The translations under genes and the position numbers were made by a program. The notes below the pieces were generated by a model, which was not told the DNA's origin, searched no databases, and saw nothing but the letters and a program-made list of their open reading frames with translations. From Candidatus Saccharimonadota bacterium (GTDB taxonomy: Bacteria > Patescibacteriota > Saccharimonadia > Saccharimonadales > JAXHNE01): a DNA stretch of 64,000 bases. Positions 30,986-40,826 of the stretch are shown piece by piece. How positions within the stretch are numbered: position 1 is the first letter of the stretch; each line of letters begins with the position of its first letter. The stretch is from positions 9,983 through 73,982 of the forward strand of contig JAXHNE010000004.1 in NCBI GenBank assembly GCA_034520885.1. Direction: 5' to 3'.

Positions 30986-31724
30986 TGATAGTTCCGTACA
31001 AACTAAATTAAACCAAGCTTCTACCCACATAGCAGATGGCACTGCTGCCCATGCTGCTTCAGCCATTGGCTTTACCCCTGCAGGCTCCATCAGTTCTACT
31101 GATGTGCAAGCCGCACTTACGGAGATTGATACGGACGTGACAGCCATTCCAGAAGCAGTCGCGGGGCGTATGATTACTATTACTCCAACCGGCAGTAACA
31201 CTTCACGCTTTGATGTCTTGCCGGGGGTTGCGAGGCGAGTTGGCATCGGAACTACCACTGGATTTATAAATAATCAAACGGGGCCATTTGATGTTTTTGA
31301 TCCGATTAACGTTACGGGCATGGTGCAAGGTGATGAATTGCATATTCAGGCAAATGGGTACTGGAAGAACAACTCCGGGAGTGCCGCATCACTTACGTTG
31401 TATGTTGCAGTGAACGCTACGACCATTGCCACCTTTGCCGCATCATCTATAGCAACTAATGCTACGAACCGAGCGTGGACGATTGACTTAAAAATGACGT
31501 GTGGCACATTCATCGGCGCAACACTATTCGGTGGGGGTATTAGCACCTTGGGGGCTACTGATAATTCACAAAGTGCCGAGCGAGTGTGGTCTCGCCGTGT
31601 CTCTCAAGCGTTTGATTACACGAACGACTTTACGGTCAATATCACGGCAGAACATGACGTTGCAGACGCCAATGTAGAAACTTGGGGAATCCGCGCAGCA
31701 ATTTATCATACGATTGGAACATGA
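30765..31724 (+). CDS. phage-tail-fibre-like protein B (same N-terminal module, different C-terminus)
   Basis: It has the same N-terminal 74 aa. THIADGTAAHAASAIGFTPAGSISSTDVQAALTEID is a classic tail-fibre motif. The C-terminus is unrelated to protein A. Confidence 0.6.
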   Translation: MARLPVPGGDVGNWGEILNSYLKVSHDSGGAIKSGSVTNGMLAGSIAQNKITNLTSDLADKYVLPGGGVPEADLDSSVQTKLNQASTHIADGTAAHAASAIGFTPAGSISSTDVQAALTEIDTDVTAIPEAVAGRMITITPTGSNTSRFDVLPGVARRVGIGTTTGFINNQTGPFDVFDPINVTGMVQGDELHIQANGYWKNNSGSAASLTLYVAVNATTIATFAASSIATNATNRAWTIDLKMTCGTFIGATLFGGGISTLGATDNSQSAERVWSRRVSQAFDYTNDFTVNITAEHDVADANVETWGIRAAIYHTIGT

Positions 31725-32974
31725 GTATATCTAATTTACGAAATGGTGGTGCGGGTTCAGGTCCACAGTGTTGGACGGCTCCGGATGGCACGGAGTACAC
31801 CGTGGTTATTATGAATGACTGGAACGCACTTGCATGTCGCAGGGCACCGGGACAGGCGTGGGAAACGTTTGATTTATCCACCATTTCAGGTAACCCACTC
31901 GGCTTACCAGTGGGTTCGGGTGACGCTCACAACAGGCTGGCAATTTGCCGCGACTCATCAGGATATATTCACATTGTCGGCAACACGCACGGCGAGCAAG
32001 TCATGCACTATATCAAATCTAATCAGCCGGATTCAATTGCAGGTGGTTTTAGTTCGGCAGCCGGTCTTATTGATTTAACTCCATCGTTTGAGGGCGTGGA
32101 CCCAGCTAATGCTGTGCGGGGTACGTACGACACATTCCTGCCTTTTACTAACGGTGTTATTGCCTGGTTGCGGGGGCAAAGAGATCAGCAATCCGTGCTT
32201 GGACGCGACTCTGTTTGTTACGTATTGAAACCCGGAGAAACTAACTGGCAACCGTGGGATGGTGTGGGAGATCTTATAAAGTGTGACAATACTGAAAACA
32301 ATGGTGACCCCGAGCGAGCCTACTGCCACGCTGTTACGGTACACAATGACACCTTGTGGGTTTCGGGTGTGTGGCAATGGGATGCAGTTGAATCAGGGGA
32401 GCCTGAAGTGGATGAAGGTCAAGACACGCGTCGTGAGCCGTTCATGATTAAATCTGACGATTTTTCGACCGCAATCATGAACAATAACATACCAACGTTC
32501 ACATCAGTAAGCGGGCAGACGGTTATCATGCCCATACTGGAGCCGGAATCAAAAGCAGTAACAGACTGCACAATACCGAACACGCTAGATCCGTCATTAC
32601 TAGGCGGTAACCTCGGTTTTGACAGCAATGACAACATTCATTTTACAGAGTCCGGGTATGTAAATGGGCGACATCACTGGTGGGACGGCAGCGCCTGGCA
32701 GCAGGAGGACGATAGTGAGCTTTTCGTTCCTTTTATTGGTCTCGTGCAAGCGAAAGGACAACTGCACCACTACAAAACCAGTGGTGGAAAGCTGAAAATT
32801 ACGAACCTAGAAACAAACGATTTCTTTTACTTGGGCTATGACGTTCCGGGTAATTTTAGTCCACTACCAGACCCTATTGCGCTAAGCAATGGGGTGCTAA
32901 AATTCTCCATTCCGGACGGTGATGCCCCGCAGACTTATTCATTTGGTACTGGTACAAGACTCAAAATACCTTGA
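31682..32974 (+). CDS. hypothetical secreted-type protein overlapping the 3' end of fibre gene B
   Basis: 430 aa. It overlaps the upstream gene by 43 nt. It is Trp/Asp/Gly-rich and unrelated to the gene-A partner. Confidence 0.45.
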   Translation: MGNPRSNLSYDWNMSISNLRNGGAGSGPQCWTAPDGTEYTVVIMNDWNALACRRAPGQAWETFDLSTISGNPLGLPVGSGDAHNRLAICRDSSGYIHIVGNTHGEQVMHYIKSNQPDSIAGGFSSAAGLIDLTPSFEGVDPANAVRGTYDTFLPFTNGVIAWLRGQRDQQSVLGRDSVCYVLKPGETNWQPWDGVGDLIKCDNTENNGDPERAYCHAVTVHNDTLWVSGVWQWDAVESGEPEVDEGQDTRREPFMIKSDDFSTAIMNNNIPTFTSVSGQTVIMPILEPESKAVTDCTIPNTLDPSLLGGNLGFDSNDNIHFTESGYVNGRHHWWDGSAWQQEDDSELFVPFIGLVQAKGQLHHYKTSGGKLKITNLETNDFFYLGYDVPGNFSPLPDPIALSNGVLKFSIPDGDAPQTYSFGTGTRLKIP

Positions 32975-32986
32975 ATAGTTTAGTCG

Positions 32987-34801
32987 CTAAGTGGTCTTGT
33001 TTTTTACGTCTTGCTGAGTCGGGCTTTGATCCGTTCCACGGTTTGATGATGGATAGAACAAAGTTCCCGGTTTGGGCCCTTGGTTGGGGGTTGAATCGTA
33101 AAGCTGCTGTTGTGCGTCTTGTGGGCTTGATAGATTATTATGTATGGAAGGCAGGGTATTTTGACCAACAGTGTGGCTGAGGAGGGTTGATTGCAGACGG
33201 CGCTTGCGCCGCAAAAAGTAGACACCTGAAGTCAATAGGGCGATACCCCCAAAAGCAGTAATAAATATCAATAGTGCGTTACTGTTGTCCGAAGGCGATG
33301 GTTGGCCTGGCTGGTCGCTGCTTTGGCCGCCGCTGGATGACCCGCTGCCATATGCTGGCTCATTTTTGGAGCTGTTGTTTTCGCTTGTGACCCCGTCTTC
33401 GTCCCGTGTCCCCGCGTCTTGATCGTTGTACGAGTACGAATTGCCACTTGACCCCGAACCGGTGCCACCCCCCGTATTACTCGTGTCAGTACCGTCGTCG
33501 GTCGAAGGGGAGGTGTTATCACCACCACCGCTTCCACCTCCTCCGTCATCGCTTGGTGGCGGGTCGGGGCAAGTTGGACCGGAGTCCGGATCTGGCTGCT
33601 GACCATCCGGACCAATAGTGTTGTTTTCTTCGCAGACATTCACTACGCTACTGTCGTCGTAAAACGCAAACCCGACCGCGTCAATGACCGAATTATTTTT
33701 CATGACAGCATCGCGAACCCGCCTGAGCTCGATGAGTTTCATGTTTCTGTTTTCCTGCGCCACGGTGTTATTTCCGGTAAAGTTAAAGCCTAAAACACTG
33801 TCCACGATTATGGTTCTTTCGGAGTTCGTACCATGTTGTCTGTTGGAGTCATTATCAATAAATCGATAGTTTCTGCGCTTGAACGAGCTGGCGTCTGATG
33901 GGTTAGCTTTATTGGGCGGGACGATATGGATCTTCATTGCCATGCCATCAAGCGTATTGTTATTAAATAATACATTTTCTATAACGGCATCAGCCCCGCC
34001 GTTAGCCAGAAAATTTAGTCGGGCCGGGCCAAAAAGGTTATTACGAAATGTTAGGTTTTGCATATTTGCACCGGCGTAGTTGGCTTCAAAATCTATCATC
34101 GATCGCCGCACTTGGCGCATATCGTTATTTTCGAATAACAGGTTAGAGCCGTCCACTATAGCTAGTCCTTGGCGTCCATTTTGCGCGAATGTACCATTCC
34201 TGACGGTTAAGCCGTCTCCACCGCTCATGTATACGAAATCGCCCCACACTTGATAGCCTTCCACGTTGCTTAGAACGGTGTTTTCAGAATCAATAATGTT
34301 GTAAGCGTGTTGTGCTTCCAGCTCCGCTATGTACTGACCGTCCGGACCTCCGTTAGAATTCGGACCACGTACCGTAAGATCTTTGATAGTAATATTCTGA
34401 CTATCACTCACAGTTATGTTTGAACGATTACGCGGCCAGTTATACGCGGGAAAATAATTGCTGGGTGGTGAGGTGTCGTGTCCGTCCGTGTACTGAACCA
34501 TCTCTGAGCCATTTCCATCTAGCGTAAGCCCGCTACGCTCAAGGATCAACAGCGGTAACTCAGCATGATAGCAAGCATTGTTGCCAAATTGCAGCGTGGA
34601 GCCATCGGGGGCGTCGTCAACCCAAGACTGTATCTCGCCTGTAACATCTTCGCTACAATCGTCGGCAATCGACCCCGGTATTGTAACTGTCGTTGCGGCT
34701 CTTGAACCGGTCAGTAAAATTGTCATGCTAACGGCAAACAAACATACGAATAAAGCTTTCACGTAAAACTGTTTTGAACGGTGTTTTTTTTGATTTGCCA
34801 T
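32987..34801 (-). CDS. right-handed parallel beta-helix (pectate-lyase/tailspike-like) protein with signal peptide, Gly/Ser-rich linker and C-terminal TM anchor
   Basis: It has an N-terminal signal (ALFVCLFAVSMTILLTGS). Beta-helix rungs: NITIKDLTVRGPN, GLAIVDGSNLLFENNDM, LTFRNNLF and IENVLFNNNTLDG. There is a GS-rich spacer, then TM LLIFITAFGGIALLTSGVYFL followed by RRKRR. Confidence 0.6.
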   Translation of the reverse strand: MANQKKHRSKQFYVKALFVCLFAVSMTILLTGSRAATTVTIPGSIADDCSEDVTGEIQSWVDDAPDGSTLQFGNNACYHAELPLLILERSGLTLDGNGSEMVQYTDGHDTSPPSNYFPAYNWPRNRSNITVSDSQNITIKDLTVRGPNSNGGPDGQYIAELEAQHAYNIIDSENTVLSNVEGYQVWGDFVYMSGGDGLTVRNGTFAQNGRQGLAIVDGSNLLFENNDMRQVRRSMIDFEANYAGANMQNLTFRNNLFGPARLNFLANGGADAVIENVLFNNNTLDGMAMKIHIVPPNKANPSDASSFKRRNYRFIDNDSNRQHGTNSERTIIVDSVLGFNFTGNNTVAQENRNMKLIELRRVRDAVMKNNSVIDAVGFAFYDDSSVVNVCEENNTIGPDGQQPDPDSGPTCPDPPPSDDGGGGSGGGDNTSPSTDDGTDTSNTGGGTGSGSSGNSYSYNDQDAGTRDEDGVTSENNSSKNEPAYGSGSSSGGQSSDQPGQPSPSDNSNALLIFITAFGGIALLTSGVYFLRRKRRLQSTLLSHTVGQNTLPSIHNNLSSPQDAQQQLYDSTPNQGPKPGTLFYPSSNRGTDQSPTQQDVKNKTT

Positions 34802-34954
34802 GGCGGGGTAGTTTTGCCGGCTCGGTTGCTACTTTTGCCGGCTAATTTATACTTGTGCGCCTATCTGTTAGCGTTGTGTTTTGATCTCCAGCCTATAGTA
34901 TAAAGCATGTAACCTATATGCCTAAACGTAACGGGGCAATTTGCATTAAATAAA

Positions 34955-34990
34955 AAACACCTCGTAGGGTGTTGGTCGTGATGGGCGACC
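34955..34990 (-). terminator. rho-independent terminator after the tRNA-Ala/tRNA-Ile unit
   Basis: Minus strand: acaccctacgaggtgt followed by tttttatttaat. Confidence 0.55.
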
Positions 34991-35095
34991 CGGGACTGGC
35001 CGAGTTATACGACACGGCACCGTATCGTATGATACGGTGAACCTCGCTATTAAATGTTCGCTTTGACTCGGGCGTTAGTGAAATTGAATTCTTGC

Positions 35096-35171
35096 TGGTG
35101 GGCGACCCAGGATTTGAACCTGGGACCTCTTCATTATCAGTGAAGCGCTCTAACCACTGAGCTAGCCGCCC
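35096..35171 (-). tRNA. tRNA-Ile (anticodon GAT)
   Basis: Minus strand: GGGCGGC/TA/GCTC-AGTGGTTA-GAGC/G/CTTCA-CTGATAA-TGAAG/AGGTC/CCAGG-TTCAAAT-CCTGG/GTCGCCC/A-CCA. Confidence 0.9.
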
Positions 35172-35227
35172 GCGTACTTTATTGTCTTCTTTCGCTAGGG
35201 CCTGCCATACGTAGCCTTGGCGAAGTA

Positions 35228-35304
35228 TGGTGGAGCGTCGGGGACTCGAACCCCGGACCCCCTGCTTGCAAAGCAGGTGCTCTAGCCAACTGAGCTAACG
35301 CCCC
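35228..35304 (-). tRNA. tRNA-Ala (anticodon TGC), G3:U70 present
   Basis: Minus strand: GGGGCGT/TA/GCTC-AGTTGGCTA-GAGC/A/CCTGC-TTTGCAA-GCAGG/GGGTC/CGGGG-TTCGAGT-CCCCG/ACGCTCC/A-CCA. Acceptor pair 3 is G:U, the alanine identity element. Confidence 0.9.
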
Positions 35305-35768
35305 TCAGGATAAGACTCGCGTTATTGTAACGGAAACCATCCAATAAAACAAGCTTCTAACAGGGAAGAAACAAGATATCCATTGTTTTTCCACGTGGGT
35401 GGATACTGGAATTTGTTCAAAATTACACCATGGGTGATATTTTATTGTTCAATACGTAATTCGAATATTTCCACCGAAATTTAATTTAAATTGTATTTAA
35501 ATTAAATTTTATGTAAAATAGATCTGTAGTAATTGAAAGAGTGCTTTGAGGGCAGTGTGAGAGCCCTTAAAGCAAACATTAAAAACATGGGTTCTGCGCT
35601 TGAGTGTAGTTTGTTAGTTCTTAGTGAGAAGCACAGCACGGCGTACTCATTGGTACGGTACGCGAGCATTACAACTAAAACTGGCAAAATACACCAAGAA
35701 CAGTAACCGGTTACAAGCTGTGCTTGATGAGCGGGTTACTGAAGCGCATAAGCCATGAAGGAGGGAAG

Positions 35769-35942
35769 ATGGGGACTTATAAGGCAGGCGAACAAAACCA
35801 ACGAGTTTTATCCAAAAATAACACTGGTACGTATACCGTAAGCGTGCCAATTGAAATGATCCGCCAGCTAAAATGGCAAGACGGACAACGGATAAACTTG
35901 GAAAAACGTGGCAAAACCATCGTCATAAGCGACTGGGAATAG
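35769..35942 (+). CDS. SpoVT/AbrB (MazE-like) swapped-hairpin DNA-binding protein
   Basis: MGTYKAGEQNQRVLSKNNTGTYTVSVPIEMIRQLKWQDGQRINLEKRGKTIVIS fits the AbrB/MazE pattern. The RBS aaggaggg is 5 nt upstream. Its stop is 1 nt before the NUDIX GTG start. Confidence 0.55.
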   Translation: MGTYKAGEQNQRVLSKNNTGTYTVSVPIEMIRQLKWQDGQRINLEKRGKTIVISDWE

Positions 35943-35943
35943 C

Positions 35944-36363
35944 GTGAAGGTCTACGGTGTTCGAGTAATTGTTAGAAAGGGTGACAAGTATCTGTTGGTG
36001 CAACATAATCAGACGCCGCAATATCCTGGCGATGTAAGGGACCCGGAAAAGCGTGGTCTCTGGAGCTTTCCTGGTGGCCATTTTGAAGGTGACGAATCGC
36101 CAGAACAAGCAGTAGTGCGCGAGCTGCAAGAGGAATTTAAGCTTGTGGTTAATCAAATTAGCTATGTCGGCGAGTTGTCGTATAAAAACAAGCTTTATAA
36201 AGTGTACTCAGCAAAAACAGATCAAGAGATAATCTATTTTGATGAAAAAGAAATAGAAGCCTATCGCTGGTTTAGTTTTGAAGATGTTAAAGATTTGACG
36301 CGTTCAGGCTTAGAGCACACAGGTTACGAGTACAGTTTGCTGCAGAGTGTCCACAATTCTTGA
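35944..36363 (+). CDS. NUDIX hydrolase
   Basis: PGGHFEGDESPEQAVVRELQEEFKL is the NUDIX box Gx5Ex7REUxEExGU. It has a GTG start. Confidence 0.7.
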   Translation: MKVYGVRVIVRKGDKYLLVQHNQTPQYPGDVRDPEKRGLWSFPGGHFEGDESPEQAVVRELQEEFKLVVNQISYVGELSYKNKLYKVYSAKTDQEIIYFDEKEIEAYRWFSFEDVKDLTRSGLEHTGYEYSLLQSVHNS

Positions 36364-36493
36364 AAAACCACCAACTCCCCAAGAAAGTTCAATACGAGAT
36401 GCAGCTAAGCAGCGCCACCCAAGCCGCAGAGACCTTGACTAACCCCTTCCAAAGCGAAGACTAAATTACATCAATTGTCGCCAGAATATGAGT

Positions 36494-36521
36494 TGACCTG
36501 ATCTGTTATTCTTGCTATTAT
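36494..36521 (+). promoter_or_regulatory. 23S-5S promoter (TTGACC-16-TATTAT)
   Basis: ttgacc tgatctgttattcttgc tattat, about 620 nt upstream of the 23S 5' end. Confidence 0.55.
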
Positions 36522-38239
36522 GACCGGGCTGCTTGAGTTTAAGTCATTAGATTTGACCTAAACCGCCAAGCTAAAAACGTAAACTCAAGCTAATAGAAGC
36601 AACGCAGCAAAGGAATTTTCTTTATGTGTGGGCTTGGGTCGTAACTTAACAAGTTGAATGAAATCAAGTAAAGATGATCCCTCACCTTTTCTGCTTTCGA
36701 GTAATCTATAACTAGATTACGAGAATGAACGAAAAAGTGAGTGGATGTAAGGCAAACGGCATAGTATTGGTTGCTAGCGCAACGGTTCAAAGTTGAAAGT
36801 TCTTAAAGTATAAAGTTATGAAACCCATACTTTTTACTTTTAAGTTTATAAACTTTGTAACTCAAGTTGGTAGTTACCAATAACTAGTCAATCCGCCTTT
36901 GCCCCTTTGGGGGCTATGGGCGGACTTGTCGAAACTCTTCGGAGTGGAGACGAGTTGCACATCAAATCAACTCACGTGATTGTGCTTGGATGCAATACAA
37001 GGAAGAAGCGAGTAACGCAGCGAGCCGTACTTAGGTACGGTGAGTGAGTAACACAGCTTCTGACGCAGTAGTGCGCCAAGAACAACAACAGGGTAGCGAG
37101 CTTTGCTCGTTAGCAGGTTGTTGTGACACAAACGCGTGAAACGTAAAAAGTTACTCAAGCGCGCACAACGGATGCCTTGACGTAAGATACCGACGAAGGA
37201 CGTGAGGAGCTGCGATAAGCTCCGGGGAGCTGCTTACTAAGCTTTGAACCGGAGATGTCCGAATGGGGAAACCCGATGGGAGTCATGTCTCATCACCATT
37301 ATCTGAATGTGGCCTCATCTGATGTCAAAATTTTTGATTGAGCGCACAGATCAGTTGTCTGAAACAGCGGAAAATTATTAAGACGTATGTGTATAATACG
37401 TCGAAAGAATTTTACACTGTTGTCAGTCGCTGCTATGCGTGCTCAACAGAATATTTTGGCATTAGATGAGGCCTGATAGGATAATAGGCGGTAAGCGGGG
37501 GAACTGAATCATCTTAGTACCCTGAGGAAGAGAAAGTAAACAACGATGCCGGTAGTAGTGGCGAGCGAACCCGGTAGAGCCCAAACCTTATTATGCTCCA
37601 GCTGTATCTCACTGCTGAAGCAAGCAACTAGCAAATAGAAACTAGCTAATACCTAGTTCCTGATTCCTGGTTTCTTGTCAGTAGCGAGATGCAGCCGGTA
37701 AGGCTGGTAGGCTAATGCATATAAGGGGTTGTGACACTACAAATATCCAAGACGGAGCACTAGATTTATCTAGCATTCCGTTTTGGCAGTCTGAGCTACC
37801 ACCATCAGGCACAAAGTAAGAAATTTGCCGAGCGAGCAGAATCCGCTGGAAAGAGAGCCAAAGAGCGTGAAAGCCGCGTATGCCAAGCGAAGCAAACTTT
37901 GTTTTTGTAGCGCTTGCGCTCTGCGCAAGCAAGTTGAAAGTTGAAAGTTCTTAAAGTATAAAGCAAGTGATTCCTACTACTTTATACTTGTTACTTTTTA
38001 ACTTTTGAACTTGCACGCGTGGAACGCGAGCATTTGTCGAGTAGATCGGAACACGAGAAACTCTGATTGAATCCGGAGGGACCACCCTCCAAGGCTAAAT
38101 ATATCTTACGATCGATAGAGAACTAGTACCGTGAGGGAAAGGTTAAAAGAACCCCGGGAGGGGAGTGAAATAGAACCTGAAATTGTGTGCGTACAAGGAG
38201 TCGGAGCCAATGCTTCGCATTGGCAAATTCGAAGCACGA

Positions 38240-38400
38240 AGTAACGAAATAGGAAACAAGCACGAAACAAGAAATAAGAAGCACGAAACAAGAAATAAGA
38301 AGCACGAAACCGAAGGGTTTAAAGTTTCTGATTTCAGATTTCAGATTTGTTTCAAATTTCAAAATTTCGGATTTCAGATTTGCTGATGCGGAGCATCAGG
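38240..38400. repeat. tandem repeats inside a 23S expansion segment: (aagcacgaaacaagaaataag)x2-3 then (atttcagattt) units
   Basis: caagcacgaaacaagaaataagaagcacgaaacaagaaataagaagcacgaaaccgaagg ... tttctgatttcagatttcagatttgtttcaaatttcaaaatttcggatttcagatttgctg. The two halves are mutually complementary (long hairpin). Confidence 0.75.
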
Positions 38401-39616
38401 TGACGGCGTGCTTTTTGTAGAACGATCCAGCGAGTTACTGATACACGCAAGCTTAAGTCAATTGACGGAGGCGCAGTGAAAGCGAGCCTGAATAGGGCGA
38501 ATTAGTGTGTATTAGTAGACCCGAAACCGAGTGATCTAACCATGGCCAGGTTGAAGCGCAGGTAATACTGCGTGGAGGACCGCACCAGGGAGCGCTGCAA
38601 AGCTCTTGGATGAGCTGTGGTTAGCGGTGAAATGCCAATCGAACTCGGAGATAGCTGGTTCTCCTCGAAATAGCTTTAGGGCTAGCGTCGTACGGTAGCA
38701 TGTGGGGGTAGAGCTCTGTTTCGGACTGGGGCGCGCAAGCGTACCCACCCTTGACAAACTACGAATACCATATGTGGAACTACGGCAGTTAGAACGGCGG
38801 GGCTAAGCTCGTCGCTCAAAAGGGAAACAGCCCAGACCATCATCTAAGGTCCCTAAGTCTATGCTAAGTGGGAAACGAGGTGAGATTTCTTAAACAACGA
38901 GGATGTTGGCTTAGAAGCAGCCATTCATTTAAAGAGTGCGTAACAGCTCACTCGTCAAGAGATCTCGCGCGGAAAATGTAACGGGGCTAAGCATAGCACC
39001 GAAGATATGGGCTTGTGCGTAGCACAAGCGAGTTAAAAGTTCGTAAAGTTAAAAGTTCGTAAAGTTTTGAATATTTTTCATTACTTTCGACTTGCTACTT
39101 TCAACTTTCGACTTGCTCGTGCTATGCATGAGCGGTAGAGGAGCGTTGATATTGCATTGAAGTCGAACTGCGAGGTTCGGTGGAGCGGTATCAAGTGAGA
39201 ATGCTGGAATGAGTAACCATAAGGCAGGTGAGAATCCTGCCCACCGAAAGAGCAAGGTTTCCTGGGCCACGGTAATCGTCCCAGGGTTAGTCGGTCCTAA
39301 GCCGAGGCGCGTAGCGTAGGCGATGGACAACGGGTTAATATTCCCGTACTAGTCTTACTTTGTTGTCAATGCGCGGCATGTTAGCCGGAGCGGGTTCATG
39401 GTTATACCCGTCTAAGGAGTGTAATAACTCCGAATGCGATCCGCCAGCCGGCGGAGAGTCCGGTGAGAGTGCTGACCAGAAAAGTTTGACAGCTTATGAG
39501 TATGGCTATCCGTACCGCAAACCAACACAGGTGCTCAGGTCGAGTAGACCAAGGTGTACGAGTGATTCTTCGTTAAGGAACTCGGCAATACAGCGACCGT
39601 AACTTCGGGATAAGGT

Positions 39617-39965
39617 CTCCCAGCCCTAGTTTTGGGCTTTATCCAGTCTCATATATCAGTATGGACTGCGATATACTGTTGCCATGTTCTTTGTTTACCT
39701 TTTGCAACATAACAAAACAAAGCAGATTTATATCGGCTATTCGGCCGATCTAAAACGCAGAGTTAGTGAGCATAATGCAAAAGGTAAGAAGTTTACGACC
39801 AAATCGAGCGGTCGTTGGCTTCTAAAATATTACGAAGCTTACGCGTCCGAGACAGACGCAAAGCTTCGCGAGCGTAAACTAAAGCAACATGGCAGCGCAA
39901 AGCACAAGTTAGTTGAGCGACTCGAAGAAAGTTTAACTCTTCGAGCCCAAAACTAGGGCTGGGCG
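39617..39965 (+). mobile_element. ~307 nt insertion in a 23S variable helix (E. coli ~1710-1750 region) bounded by 19-21 bp perfect inverted repeats and encoding a GIY-YIG protein
   Basis: IR1 ctcccagccctagttttgggc (39617-39637); IR2 gcccaaaactagggctggg (39945-39963). The flanking sequence CGTAACTTCGGGATAAGG ... GAACTGTTTACCAAAAACACAG matches conserved 23S. Confidence 0.7.
39684..39956 (+). CDS. GIY-YIG nuclease domain protein (homing-endonuclease-like)
   Basis: 90 aa: MFFVYLLQHNKTKQIYIGYSADLKRRVSEHN has the GIY...YIG motif with the conserved R and E. A basic C-terminal tail follows. Confidence 0.7.
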   Translation: MFFVYLLQHNKTKQIYIGYSADLKRRVSEHNAKGKKFTTKSSGRWLLKYYEAYASETDAKLRERKLKQHGSAKHKLVERLEESLTLRAQN

Positions 39966-40250
39966 CAGCTAAGGAGCCCACGGAACTGTTTACCAAAAAC
40001 ACAGGTCTCTGCTAACACGAAAGTGGATGTATAGGGGCTGACTCCTGCCCGGTGCTGGAAGGTTAAGGGGATCGCTTCACGGCGAGAACTGAAGCCCCAG
40101 TGAACGGCGGCGGTAACTATAACCGTCCTAAGGTAGCGAAATTCCTTGTCAGGTAAGTTCTGACCCGCACGAATGGAGCAATCATGTGGGCACTGTCTCA
40201 ACGAAGAGCTCGGTGAAAGTGCATTGGCGGTAAAGATGCCGTCTGTCCGC

Positions 40251-40282
<32 letters not shown>

Positions 40283-40642
40283 ACAATTTGACATTGTGCC
40301 GAGTTTTAACATGTGCAGGATAGGTGGGAGACTTTGAAGCCCCGACGCTAGTCGGGGTGGAGTCATCAGTGAAATACCACTCTTGTTAAAATTTTGTACT
40401 TACTTGAACCGTTATCCGGTTTGGGAACAGTGTCTGATGGGTAGTTTAACTGGGGCGGTTGCCTCCCAAAGAGTAGCGGAGGCGTTCAAAGGTCGGCTAA
40501 GTTCGGATGGAAATCGAACCGATAGTGCAAGCGCAGAAGCCGGCTTGACTGTGAGGAGTACATTCCAAACAGACACGAAAGTGGGAGCTAGTGACCCGTC
40601 GTATCAGCCATTAGGCTAATGAACGTGGGATCGACGACGCAC

Positions 40643-40674
<32 letters not shown>

Positions 40675-40706
40675 TATAGCGCCCAATAGTTCACATAGAC
40701 GGCGCT

Positions 40707-40741
<35 letters not shown>

Positions 40742-40755
40742 AGGGGGAGCACCTT

Positions 40756-40826
<71 letters not shown>

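Noticed and set aside
25650-37140. A classic integrated prophage between 16S and 23S.
   Set aside because: No integrase, terminase, portal, capsid, tape-measure or lysis genes are recognisable. Only fibre/tailspike-like adhesin genes are present, so it is better described as an adhesin island of possible phage ancestry.
38240-38400. Regularly spaced short repeats that could suggest a CRISPR array.
   Set aside because: The repeats are 21 and 11 nt, directly abutting without spacers, mutually complementary, and located inside 23S. They are an rRNA expansion hairpin, not CRISPR.
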